A DNA stretch of 64,000 bases. Origin: a virus. The position numbers and the translations under genes are program-made. Below are positions 36,597 to 45,931 of this stretch, one piece after another. The stretch's first letter is position 1. Each line of letters begins with the position of its first letter. The stretch lies in IMG/VR virus record IMGVR_UViG_3300028535_000001; one strand, given 5' to 3'. The notes beneath the pieces were generated by a model. That model was not told the DNA's origin and did not search any database. It worked only from the letters and a program-made list of their open reading frames with translations.

Positions 36597-38082
36597 TTTT
36601 CCTCGGTGTATTTAAATCTATATTGTGTATTTCATAATTAAAGTCTTCATCATTGTATATGTTTATTCGTTCTCTAAAGTGTGCCAGTGTATAATTTTCT
36701 TTTTCTTTATAACTAATATCATCTGCTATATCGTATAAAGTCGCAGCTGAATTATTATCTTTTAATCTTAATCCTCTTCCAATAGATTGTAAGTTCCTTA
36801 TCCGTGACTTGCTAGGACTAGCAAAAATAATGTTATGCAAGTTCCGTATATTAATGCCTGTACTGAAAGTCCCATAACTTGCAACGATAATAGCTCCGTC
36901 AGACTTTTCGGTAATTTCTCGTATTTTTTCCCTATCGCCTGTATCCACTCCACCGTGGACATAAAATACTTGTTTGTCAACAGCTTTTGTTTTAATTGAT
37001 TCATATAACTCCTTTCCATGTTTTTCTACATATTGAAACAAACATAAAGTATTGCCTTGTAAACTAGAGGCTAAGTTTCTTATATACTTATTTCTTTTTT
37101 CACTTCGTACCAAATAATCCATTTCTTCTTGGTACGTTTTGTCTTTTAACATATGTCTAACATCTTTGTCATGTTGTAATACTAAACATATAATTTTTAA
37201 ATCGGCTAACTGTTTATTCTCTTGTAATTCTGTTGTTGAAGTTACCTTATTTACAGCACCAAACAATCCTTCTAATACCAACTTATGTGTTTTTGTACCA
37301 TCTAAAGTACCTGTAAGACCTATTCTATATTTACACTTCTCTAATTTAGTCATTATTTTTGTAAGTGAAACTGCTTTAAACAAGTGTGCTTCATCACCCA
37401 TTACCATACCAAATTGTTGAAACCATTTTTTAGGTTGATTGTATATTGATTGCCATGTAGATATTACTACATTTCTATCTGTATCTTTTTCATATCCTTG
37501 ATATATTTTATGTACATTTTTCTCTGGTGTCCAACCATATTCTTTAAAATCTTTATGTAATTGTTCAACCAATGATGTTGTTGGCACTATAATAAGTATC
37601 TTTTTGTTTTGTTCTTTTAGTCTTATCATATTATAACGCACTAACATATAAACTATAAGTGATTTACCAGAGGCTGTTGGAGATAATAATAAACATCTAT
37701 TCTTTTGTGTTGCATGGATAAAGGCCTCCTTTTGATAATCTCTTATTTCCATAGGTACTTTAAGTGCTTTTGTAAACTTATCTACCAATTCTAAATCAAC
37801 TTTAGTATCAACTATTTTAGCACCATCTACTACTTGTATCTTATTATCATCACACCATTTAAGTATATAAGGATATAAACCGGCGTAAATTTGACCAGTT
37901 GCATAAGAAAATAATCTTATCTTTCCATCCCATACTCTGTTTCTATAGGCAGGAACAAACTTATAACCTGGCACTTCAAAGCAAAAATATTCTGATAACT
38001 CTCTACGTATAGAGGCGTCAGCTTCTATCTTTAAATAAACTTCGTTTACCTTGTCTACTATGATGTATCTTATATCTGGCAT
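36583..38082 (-). CDS. uvsW: SF2 helicase UvsW
   Basis: SPTASGKS, DEAH, GLTGT, QSIGRGLR; start at MPDIRY (TAATG overlap). Confidence 0.95.
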   Translation of the reverse strand: MPDIRYIIVDKVNEVYLKIEADASIRRELSEYFCFEVPGYKFVPAYRNRVWDGKIRLFSYATGQIYAGLYPYILKWCDDNKIQVVDGAKIVDTKVDLELVDKFTKALKVPMEIRDYQKEAFIHATQKNRCLLLSPTASGKSLIVYMLVRYNMIRLKEQNKKILIIVPTTSLVEQLHKDFKEYGWTPEKNVHKIYQGYEKDTDRNVVISTWQSIYNQPKKWFQQFGMVMGDEAHLFKAVSLTKIMTKLEKCKYRIGLTGTLDGTKTHKLVLEGLFGAVNKVTSTTELQENKQLADLKIICLVLQHDKDVRHMLKDKTYQEEMDYLVRSEKRNKYIRNLASSLQGNTLCLFQYVEKHGKELYESIKTKAVDKQVFYVHGGVDTGDREKIREITEKSDGAIIVASYGTFSTGINIRNLHNIIFASPSKSRIRNLQSIGRGLRLKDNNSAATLYDIADDISYKEKENYTLAHFRERINIYNDEDFNYEIHNIDLNTPRKNGKM

Positions 38083-38642
38083 TACACAAAAGGTGGACCT
38101 ACAATCCAACCTACCAAAACTTTTCTTATTCCTTTGGTCACCGGATGTACTTTATGCCACATAAATGATGGAAAGGTTACAATTGTACCAGTTGTAAATC
38201 TAGTTTTAAAATGTATATTCTTATTGATTCCTTTAGGATTTAAATTAGCTATTTCTAATTCACCACCCTCGTAATCTTCATTTAAACATAAAGTAAAACT
38301 TATCTTTCTAATAAAACCATTAGGGTAAGGCTTAATATGTGAATCTATATGCCAATCATAATGGTCTCCTTCTTCGTATACTGTATACTGAAAGGGTTCA
38401 AATTCTTTTATATTAAAATTCCAATCTGCTTTTACATTATGATTAAAGATAACATCTTCCATATCTTTATATAATTGATTATTTTCCTTAATCCATGCAA
38501 CCTTGGAACTTCTATTCTTATTATTGCCGTCTTGTATAGCGGCTTTTTTTAATCTTAATTTATCTGAATTTTCTATTATAGTACTACAATAGTTTTGATT
38601 GAATTTTGAAATTGAAACGCAATTGTTATTAGTTAAATACAT
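38082..38642 (-). CDS. 2OG-Fe(II) oxygenase
   Basis: YDWHID, RKIS, YEGGEL, FPSF.WHKV.PVTKG.R.VLVGW. Confidence 0.88.
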   Translation of the reverse strand: MYLTNNNCVSISKFNQNYCSTIIENSDKLRLKKAAIQDGNNKNRSSKVAWIKENNQLYKDMEDVIFNHNVKADWNFNIKEFEPFQYTVYEEGDHYDWHIDSHIKPYPNGFIRKISFTLCLNEDYEGGELEIANLNPKGINKNIHFKTRFTTGTIVTFPSFMWHKVHPVTKGIRKVLVGWIVGPPFV

Positions 38643-39070
38643 TATACAGCTCCACTAGTAAACCTTTTCCAGTCTATTGCGTTCTTGATAGTAAATGTTC
38701 TATTGGAGATTTGTCTTAATGATCTATCTAAAAAATCTACAACTGCTTCTAGATACTTAACTTTTTGATTTGCTTTTTGCCACTCTGGATCAGCTTCAAT
38801 ATATTGTCCTACATCTGCTTTAAGTATTTTTAAATGAAAAGGTTTAAGTATATAAACTTGTGGGTCTGATTTACCTGTGTAATATTCCCACTTATCCCTT
38901 TTAATTGTTCTAAACTCATCTTCAGCACGTACTAATAATAACTTAAATTTAGTTAAAAATTTTAAAAACTTATTGTGTATTTGAGGTGTTTGTAAAGACG
39001 CTATATCTAATTCAATATCATTAATCTTTAAATCTTTTTCAGCAATTTCTTGTAATTCTTCCAATGTCAT
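38642..39070 (-). CDS. uvsY: Recombination mediator UvsY
   Basis: KWEYYTGK, YIEAD, R.FTIKNAIDW..F.SG. Confidence 0.9.
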   Translation of the reverse strand: MTLEELQEIAEKDLKINDIELDIASLQTPQIHNKFLKFLTKFKLLLVRAEDEFRTIKRDKWEYYTGKSDPQVYILKPFHLKILKADVGQYIEADPEWQKANQKVKYLEAVVDFLDRSLRQISNRTFTIKNAIDWKRFTSGAV

Positions 39071-39124
39071 AATTTATCCTTTTCACATTATTATATCACA
39101 AAAACCTTTAAAAGTAAAGTCTGA

Positions 39125-39745
39125 TTAAGATGTTGTAATAGTTGTTTTTGATGATCCTGTTACAGCAAAATCATATATTTTATAGTCAAACGTAACAGAC
39201 GCCGTTAAATAATCAACATCTGTTGCTTGTTGATTGTAAGGAAGACCAGTTAATGAAATAGGAAATACATCACTAAATCTAACTTCTACAACTGAATTGT
39301 TTTTATTTGATAGTACAGATAACGTAGCATCCGAAAAAAGACCACCTGTTTTTGGTGGTGCATATTTTGATCGGCCAGCGTCACCTAATATGTTTGATGT
39401 ACTACCAGGAAATCTAGTATTACCACTTTTTAAAAGATTTGCATGTTCTTTATGGTCACCTGGAAATCCTAAGCCTCTTAACCAACCATGTATCTCTCTA
39501 TAATTTTCTAAATTTTCATCAACTAAAAATGAAATAGAAAGTCTCTCGTAATTTAACTTGTCACCAGGTAAAGGTATATCTTTAAGTGGTGTTGGTTGTG
39601 TTTGAGTATCAGCCAATGCAATGCCAGGTATATTAGCTGAAGTACAAAAATATTCTACTTTAGGTAACTTCATTATGCTAAATTTAAATTGTGTTGGACT
39701 AGCGTAATCTAACTTCGTTGGTTGTCTATCCATTGCTGTTGTCAT
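39125..39745 (-). CDS. 3: Tail completion/tube terminator gp3-like
   Basis: FKFSI.KLPKVEYFC..ANIPG, FLVDENLENY.EIH.W, FPISL; synteny. Confidence 0.85.
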   Translation of the reverse strand: MTTAMDRQPTKLDYASPTQFKFSIMKLPKVEYFCTSANIPGIALADTQTQPTPLKDIPLPGDKLNYERLSISFLVDENLENYREIHGWLRGLGFPGDHKEHANLLKSGNTRFPGSTSNILGDAGRSKYAPPKTGGLFSDATLSVLSNKNNSVVEVRFSDVFPISLTGLPYNQQATDVDYLTASVTFDYKIYDFAVTGSSKTTITTS

Positions 39746-39858
39746 AGTATTAAAATTCCTATTATTAAACCTATTATTATTCCTTCACACCAAAATGCCC
39801 ACCTATGTGAACCTCTGGCTGTGTGTTTGTTTATAAACTCTTTTGTCCAATCATTCAT
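39742..39858 (-). CDS. 38-aa membrane micro-protein (MNDWTKEFINKHTARGSHRWAFWCEGIIIGLIIGILIL)
   Basis: Hand-translated; ATGA overlap with gene 3. Confidence 0.6.
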   Translation of the reverse strand: MNDWTKEFINKHTARGSHRWAFWCEGIIIGLIIGILIL

Positions 39859-39862
39859 ATTA

Positions 39863-40036
39863 CTATTTATCTGTCTCCTTTTCAACCTTTTCAATTATTA
39901 CTGAGCTATCTGTAGGTTTATTGAATAAATTGTTGTCAATAAATCCAACATAACACAAGATAACTAGTAGCATTATAACTTTAATACAAACTATTACAAG
40001 TAGTATTCCTAATATTGTTCTCAATAAACTTTTCAT
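39863..40036 (-). CDS. 57-aa membrane protein
   Basis: Hand-translated MKSLLRTILGILLVIVCIKVIMLLVILCYVG... Confidence 0.55.
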   Translation of the reverse strand: MKSLLRTILGILLVIVCIKVIMLLVILCYVGFIDNNLFNKPTDSSVIIEKVEKETDK

Positions 40037-40048
40037 AAACATATTTAT

Positions 40049-40474
40049 TTATTTTCTTTCCCATACTTTTAGCTTACCATCTTTATCAGCAAACACCATT
40101 TCTTGTTTATCTTCTTCTGGTTTATTAGTACGACAAGTATCCCAGCAAGCTTTAGGACCTCTATTTTGTTTTAGTTGGTCATAAAATTGTTTCCAAACAT
40201 TCGATTCAATTATATCATCTATACTTTTATAATCTTTTAGTTGGCTTGCGTCTATCATTTTTTTAAATTCTGGATCGGTCATATTTTCATTTGTATCACA
40301 TCTACAACATGGTATTAATTGACCTCTATTTGTAATAGCAAGATTCATATTACCCTTAATACACATAGGTTCTATTTTAGTATCTTCCTGGTTAGGAAAT
40401 TTATTTTCTTCACTTATTTTTCCATATTTATTATATTCTGTTACATGTGGAAAATTTAATTTAATCTCTGTCAT
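40049..40474 (-). CDS. Stand-alone SPASM/twitch-like Fe-S domain protein
   Basis: C...ITNRGQLIPCC...SIDDIIES..W...CWDTC. Confidence 0.7.
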   Translation of the reverse strand: MTEIKLNFPHVTEYNKYGKISEENKFPNQEDTKIEPMCIKGNMNLAITNRGQLIPCCRCDTNENMTDPEFKKMIDASQLKDYKSIDDIIESNVWKQFYDQLKQNRGPKACWDTCRTNKPEEDKQEMVFADKDGKLKVWERK

Positions 40475-41372
40475 TTTTTCTTTTCTTTAAGTCGTCTCTT
40501 TTTATATGTTCGGGTAAACCTAAATAATTAGAGCCATCTTTTAATGTAGGGTGTTGATACCTTGAACCATCTGGATTCGCATTCATAATAACATCTGGTG
40601 CCGCCCCAACTAGATTATTGTCTTTAGGATCCCATGTTTCAGCATAGTCACCTCTTGACTCTGTTTTATTTTCAGGCATTAACCAATCATCTGGACCTAA
40701 CCATCTACCACTATTTATTAAATTAAAAACTATTCCATTATCTTCAGCCAGTTTAACACATTCTTTTATTGAATTTTGATTATATCTAAAAACTATCATT
40801 TGCCATATTGGTGTTTTTTTTAAATATTTTTTAGACATGATCGCTCTTTTAAAATGCAATTCACCATCTTGATGTACTCTATATTTGTGACTATCTTTAG
40901 GAAGACCATCTATACCAAACCACCATTGAGCTTCAGGATTTGTTTCCCATGCTTTGATAAAAAAACTATCTGGTTTATGTGTAGAGGCATTATGTACTTG
41001 ACTTATTTTCTTTCTATCATGTATCATTTTTAAGAAATCAATAAAGTGTGGGTGATGTATAGGATCAGAGTATTGACCACAAAATTGTATTCTGTCAAAG
41101 TAATCAAGAATCTTTTCAAATTCTTCTATTGTTATATCTCTACCTGGTACTCTTTTACCTTTATTTCTCCAATGCATTTGTCTTGAACATCTAGGACATT
41201 CTAATGGACATCTATGAGATAAATCTAAATTTACTTTACTTGCTGGAAATAGTTTAGATTCATAGCGATTGCTGAACCTCGGTCCCATACCTTTGATAAT
41301 ACTTGGTGCATATGATTTAAAACTGCCTTCTTTGGCAGGTTTATATTTCATATATTCTTTTTCATCAATCAT
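40461..41372 (-). CDS. Radical SAM protein
   Basis: CPLECPRC (CxxxCxxC), FCGQYSDP, FGIDG, YR, VFRYNQ. Confidence 0.85.
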   Translation of the reverse strand: MIDEKEYMKYKPAKEGSFKSYAPSIIKGMGPRFSNRYESKLFPASKVNLDLSHRCPLECPRCSRQMHWRNKGKRVPGRDITIEEFEKILDYFDRIQFCGQYSDPIHHPHFIDFLKMIHDRKKISQVHNASTHKPDSFFIKAWETNPEAQWWFGIDGLPKDSHKYRVHQDGELHFKRAIMSKKYLKKTPIWQMIVFRYNQNSIKECVKLAEDNGIVFNLINSGRWLGPDDWLMPENKTESRGDYAETWDPKDNNLVGAAPDVIMNANPDGSRYQHPTLKDGSNYLGLPEHIKRDDLKKRKNDRD

Positions 41373-41492
41373 AACAATATTTATACGTGTTTAAAAAGCT
41401 AGGTTTCCGTGTATATAACCTAGACCAAGCGCTATTACTATCATTAATATCCAAAAATATATAAAGAGTTTAAGCATATGATTATTTAGGCC

Positions 41493-41522
41493 AAAAAAAA
41501 AGGGGACCGAAGCCCCCTTTTT
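41493..41522 (-). terminator. Rho-independent terminator after gene 23
   Basis: GGGGGC-TTCG-GTCCCC followed by a T-run. Confidence 0.9.
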
Positions 41523-41545
41523 AATTTGTTTTCAATTAAACAATA

Positions 41546-42880
41546 TTACATTATGTTTGATACTTTAACTTTTTGGTAATATCTGTTTGAGTTAGGTGTA
41601 CCAGAATCAGTGATTCCAGTTACAGCACCCGAAGCAGCACCAGTTTCCGCAAAAGGATTAGCAACTAGACCGTATCTAGTTTTAAATCCAATTTTTGGTT
41701 GGAAAGTATCTTGACCAACAGCACGAACCATTTGTAATGGAACATACGGACAATAGAACATACCAGCGTCATAAGGTGAAGTACCTTTGTAACCGACAAC
41801 GTAATATTGACTAGCGCTTGAGTTAGCACTATATGGATCAATGTACACTTTAAATCTACCGTTTAATACACCAGCGAATGTGCTACCAGTGTCGTCAACG
41901 TTTAGATTGTTGTTTAATGCAGGCGTGTAATCTAAAACACCAGCCATTTGAAGAGCACTAGCAACATCAGCAGAGCAGATAATCATATTACCTTTTCCAC
42001 GTCTTGTTCTTTGTGCGATTCTGTTTGCGTCTCTTTCCAATTGGAACATAAGACCTTTGAATCTTTCAACTGACCATCTACCGTTTGAGTCTGTATCTAA
42101 ATCAAATACACCAGCAGTAGTTGTGTTTGTAGCAGCGCCTTTTTCTGAATTGATATAAACAGCTCTTACAACTTCTCTGTTGATTTCCGCAAGGATTTCA
42201 GCAGATAGAATGTTTGCAAGTTCTGTTTCAGCGTCTAAGCCATGGATTGCTTTTAAATCTTGAGCAAGTTCCATAGTATATTCTGCTTTAAGAGCTCTAC
42301 TTCTCGCCGTCACTGTAGTTTTCTCAATTGAGAAAGCCATTTCAGCAAATGCGTTTGCAGTAGCGTCGCCTAATGCCTCAGCCGCAGCTGTAGTCATACC
42401 TTGACCTCTAGTATACTCGCCAGCCGGTGCGTCATTAAGAACAGAAGGATTAGTTCCTCTATGCTCAGTAACACCATCGTGAGTAACTGAATCGCCAGCA
42501 GCATTTCTAGATGAGTAATCAGTGTCAGCTTCGTCAAATAGTGCTTCACCACCAGTTGCAGAAGTATATCTTGATCTCATTGCGAAAATAAGTCCTGTTG
42601 GACCAGTCATTGGTTGAACACCAGCAATATCGTATGCGATAAGGTTTGGCATTGCTCTTCGTACTAATGAAATTAAAATTGGATCCCAATTTGAAGTTCC
42701 AGCAGTATTATTCGTAGGAGCAGCTTCACTTAAAAATGCGCTGTCCTCCTTCATAGCTCTTTCTTGGTTTTCCAAGATAGTAGCCGTAACGGCACGTTTG
42801 TAAGAGTCTCCGATTTTTGGTAAATCAGGGTGCTCTAACACAGGCTGCCATTTTTTTTCGTATTGTTCTGATAAATACAT
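41546..42880 (-). CDS. 23: Major capsid protein gp23
   Basis: LVRRAMPNLIAYD..GVQPMTGPTG, SRALKAEYT.ELAQDLKAIHGLDAE, FQPKIGFKTRYG. Confidence 0.98.
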   Translation of the reverse strand: MYLSEQYEKKWQPVLEHPDLPKIGDSYKRAVTATILENQERAMKEDSAFLSEAAPTNNTAGTSNWDPILISLVRRAMPNLIAYDIAGVQPMTGPTGLIFAMRSRYTSATGGEALFDEADTDYSSRNAAGDSVTHDGVTEHRGTNPSVLNDAPAGEYTRGQGMTTAAAEALGDATANAFAEMAFSIEKTTVTARSRALKAEYTMELAQDLKAIHGLDAETELANILSAEILAEINREVVRAVYINSEKGAATNTTTAGVFDLDTDSNGRWSVERFKGLMFQLERDANRIAQRTRRGKGNMIICSADVASALQMAGVLDYTPALNNNLNVDDTGSTFAGVLNGRFKVYIDPYSANSSASQYYVVGYKGTSPYDAGMFYCPYVPLQMVRAVGQDTFQPKIGFKTRYGLVANPFAETGAASGAVTGITDSGTPNSNRYYQKVKVSNIM

Positions 42881-42903
42881 GTTATTTTATCTCCCTTTTT
42901 ATT

Positions 42904-44079
42904 TTACTTTGTTGATAATTTAATATCTTTTGTCTGACTTATAGCGGCACTATAAGCAGCCATTGCATTGCTAAGGTCTTCGTTTTGACCGTCGCCTGCC
43001 GCTACATCATCGTGTCCGTCACCAGCTGCGTCTTTAGTTTTAAAATAACTTTCTTTTATGATTGCTATCTTAGCTCTAAAATCTGCCTCTGTTGAATAAT
43101 CCACTTCTTCAGCAAGCTTGTTGAACTTTTCTTTAGCTGTGTCAGTTAAATCTTTAGATGTTTCATCTAAAATTTCAGCTGCTTTATACTTGTTAGCTGA
43201 CTTACTTAATTCAACATTCTTTTCAATTGATTCGTTAAGTTTCTTTTCTAACGTTTCAATCTTTGAAGCTTGATCTTCAAGTACATTATATTTTTCATCT
43301 GGAACATTTATGTAATGGTCTTCAAATAATTTTTTAAGACCACTGATAAAGTCCTCAGCGATTTCGCCTTTGATCCCTCTTTCTAAAGCAAGTTCATTTT
43401 CTTTCATCCACTCCTCTACCACGTATGATAGATAAGAGTCGACTTTTTCAACTAACTCAGCTTTAGTACTAGAAGTTTCGCTCTCGAATTTTTTATTATA
43501 ATCTGCTTCCATTTCTTCTGCAATTTCTTTAACTTTAGATTTAATTGCTGTTTCAAAAATCGTTGCAGCTTTTGTTTTGAACTCTTCCGATAAATCAGTA
43601 TTTCCAGCTACTAAAGCGTCAACATGTTCTTTTACGTCTATGTCTTTCTCTTTAGTTTCTTCTTTCTTCTCGTCATCTTTTTTCGCTTCAACTTCTTCAG
43701 TTTTAGCTTCCTTGTCATCTTTTTTGTCAAGGTGTTTTTTCAGACCAGCAGGAAGTTCGCCTTCTTTTACTGTAGATTTATCTTCGGTGTCCGTTGCTGT
43801 TTCTTTTTTCTCCTCTTTTTTTAATGTAGGCATACCGTCAGGTTTACCTTCATGTTTTTGAGCAGGTTGTCCAGAAACAGTTTTAACTGTTTTTGAAGCA
43901 TCCGGATTGCTGTCAGTAGGTTTAACTACAGGAGCACCTAAATCCTCGGCATCGTTTTTCAGATGAGTTGGTTCAGCTGCAACAGCATTTTTTTTCGGAA
44001 GATCAGCATTCGGGTTAGCATTCTCAGCTACCGCTTTTTGATCTTTTGTTGCCTCAATTTTTTTGTCTATTTCGGCCAT
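42904..44079 (-). CDS. 22: Prohead core scaffold gp22
   Basis: LSEEFK.KA.TIFE.A, VDSYL.YVVEEW..EN; synteny. Confidence 0.92.
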   Translation of the reverse strand: MAEIDKKIEATKDQKAVAENANPNADLPKKNAVAAEPTHLKNDAEDLGAPVVKPTDSNPDASKTVKTVSGQPAQKHEGKPDGMPTLKKEEKKETATDTEDKSTVKEGELPAGLKKHLDKKDDKEAKTEEVEAKKDDEKKEETKEKDIDVKEHVDALVAGNTDLSEEFKTKAATIFETAIKSKVKEIAEEMEADYNKKFESETSSTKAELVEKVDSYLSYVVEEWMKENELALERGIKGEIAEDFISGLKKLFEDHYINVPDEKYNVLEDQASKIETLEKKLNESIEKNVELSKSANKYKAAEILDETSKDLTDTAKEKFNKLAEEVDYSTEADFRAKIAIIKESYFKTKDAAGDGHDDVAAGDGQNEDLSNAMAAYSAAISQTKDIKLSTK

Positions 44080-44155
44080 TGAGAAATCTCCTTTTTATGT
44101 TTAAACATTTATAATTTAACTAGTTATAAATTAATTCGTGGGACTATTTATAAAA

Positions 44156-44800
44156 CTAGAGTTTTTTAAGAAAGCTTTTAAAGACATCCGCCTTCGCTTC
44201 CGCTAAAGCATGACTTTTTGCAGCCTCTATGTCTCGTTTCCAAGCGCTTAAGTCTTTTTCAACGAGCACACCATTGTCCCAAACCCACTCTTTACTCTCC
44301 ATTATGCCTTCTACGAAAGCGTCTGGAGCGCTAGGGTCTGCAACAATATCAGCGGCTGTAGCTAAATAAAAATCTCTACCTACATAATTTACACCACCTC
44401 TTGTTTGTAACGAACCCATACCTCGTGATGATACACCTAATTGAGCGCCTTCATCTATAAGACCTTTCACGATCTTACCGTATGGGGTATTCATTATCTT
44501 AGCTTCACCAATAAAATTAGTTCCATCTGGATGAAGTTTAGTTATCATATGACTAACTCTTTCCAAATTAACAGTTGGAGAATCAGGATGTCCTAACTCG
44601 CCAAAAGCCCTTCTTTTATTAATAAATTCTCTATTATATCTGTTTACTTCTTTTTCAAGTATGCTTTTTTCATAAACACGTCCATTTTTATTTCTAATTT
44701 CTGATTGTAAAAAGATACCTCTAATTTTGTAGTCCTTTTTTCCATTGTTATCTTCTACAATGTACTCTGCATTTTGGACTTCTTCGGATATTAATCTCAT
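44156..44800 (-). CDS. 21: Prohead protease gp21
   Basis: GELGHP, VSH, GVSSRGMGS, DIVADPSAPDA. Confidence 0.96.
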   Translation of the reverse strand: MRLISEEVQNAEYIVEDNNGKKDYKIRGIFLQSEIRNKNGRVYEKSILEKEVNRYNREFINKRRAFGELGHPDSPTVNLERVSHMITKLHPDGTNFIGEAKIMNTPYGKIVKGLIDEGAQLGVSSRGMGSLQTRGGVNYVGRDFYLATAADIVADPSAPDAFVEGIMESKEWVWDNGVLVEKDLSAWKRDIEAAKSHALAEAKADVFKSFLKKL

Positions 44801-44842
44801 TTTCTCCCTCTTGTAGGTTCTAATGTATATTTATAAGAATTT

Positions 44843-45235
44843 CTATCTAAACTCAACAATAATTGTGTAATTATCGCCTATAGCAAAATCTTTTGTACTT
44901 AACAATACATCACCTGTTGGTGTGGTAGCATTGTTTATAATCTCATTTCCAGGTGTTCTTAAATCCCAATGACCATTTCCTGATAGTAAACATATAGTTG
45001 AATTGGTTACTCCGTCCCATAATAACTCAACGGCTGACTTATTATTTGACGTATTTACAGAATACCATATCTTACTTAATTTTCTCTTACCATCTTCTGT
45101 CATAAAAGTTAATGCGCTAGCGTCAACCTTTGTAACCATAGACTCACCTGTTCCATCTGAAACATTGGTTATTTTTACTACGTACTTGATACCAGATGTA
45201 TCAGCAATTGTTTGTGTTGTTACCGTATCAGCCAT
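44843..45235 (-). CDS. Putative virion structural protein
   Basis: Beta-rich ORF inside the head cluster. Confidence 0.6.
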   Translation of the reverse strand: MADTVTTQTIADTSGIKYVVKITNVSDGTGESMVTKVDASALTFMTEDGKRKLSKIWYSVNTSNNKSAVELLWDGVTNSTICLLSGNGHWDLRTPGNEIINNATTPTGDVLLSTKDFAIGDNYTIIVEFR

Positions 45236-45238
45236 CTA

Positions 45239-45496
45239 TTATTCCTCTCCTAATTTCTCTATTATTTCTTCATCAAAATATTGTTCTATTTGTTCTTTTT
45301 CTAAACTGTTTAGAGTAGCAACATCATCTAAAGCACTTTCAAATTTTACTACTATATTATCAGCAGTAATATTTTTGTCTTTTTCTATAATTTCAAAAAT
45401 TTCTCTAACAGCAGACTGCATAACCGGAGGTAATCCTTTATATGCATTGCTATCAAATAGTTTATTATTTTCCACAATGTCACTAACTCTCAACAT
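45239..45496 (-). CDS. Putative prohead core protein (gp68/67 position)
   Basis: Acidic; start at MLRVSD just after the upstream stop. Confidence 0.55.
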   Translation of the reverse strand: MLRVSDIVENNKLFDSNAYKGLPPVMQSAVREIFEIIEKDKNITADNIVVKFESALDDVATLNSLEKEQIEQYFDEEIIEKLGEE

Positions 45497-45500
45497 AATT

Positions 45501-45911
45501 TTATGTTTCTGTTGGTGCTTCTGCTGGAGCTTCAACTGCTGGAGTATCAACTGCTGGAGTATCAACTGCTGGAGTATCAACTGCTGGAGTTTCTGGTGCA
45601 GCTTGTACCGGTTCAGCAAATGGTTCTGCTATTTCAGGTTTAGTTTCTGCTGATAATTCTTCAGCTGATTTACCTGCTGTACCGTCAACATTTGTAATTG
45701 TTCCGTCTCTGTTGAATTGTCCTGGAGTTGCTACTTCAGGTTTTTTATCACTATGAGGTTCAACAAACATTTTACCAGCTATATCTTGTCTTCTCTGATC
45801 TAATGCGTCTCCTACTTTTCCTCTTAATGCGTCTTTGAAAGCGTCACCGGCTCCGGCATTATCGCCTGTACCTAATTTATCTATAAAGTTTTTTATTTCT
45901 TGATTTGGCAT
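45501..45911 (-). CDS. Putative prohead core protein (gp67-like) with PAVDT repeats
   Basis: Immediately downstream of the portal gene; acidic. Confidence 0.6.
   Translation of the reverse strand: MPNQEIKNFIDKLGTGDNAGAGDAFKDALRGKVGDALDQRRQDIAGKMFVEPHSDKKPEVATPGQFNRDGTITNVDGTAGKSAEELSAETKPEIAEPFAEPVQAAPETPAVDTPAVDTPAVDTPAVEAPAEAPTET
45532..45590. repeat. 15-bp tandem repeat x4 (TCAACTGCTGGAGTA)
   Basis: Seen directly; encodes TPAVD repeats. Confidence 0.9.
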
Positions 45912-45931
45912 GTTTCATTCCTTTCCATTTA

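Noticed and set aside
38082-38642. 2OG-Fe(II) oxygenase as the collagen prolyl hydroxylase
   Set aside because: The collagen tracts are nearly Pro-free, the gene sits in the uvsY-uvsW block, and the family is common in marine phages.
45497-45619. LQQLI-repeat N-terminus of the 126-aa ORF
   Set aside because: It is an out-of-frame reading of the 15-bp repeat in the upstream gene.
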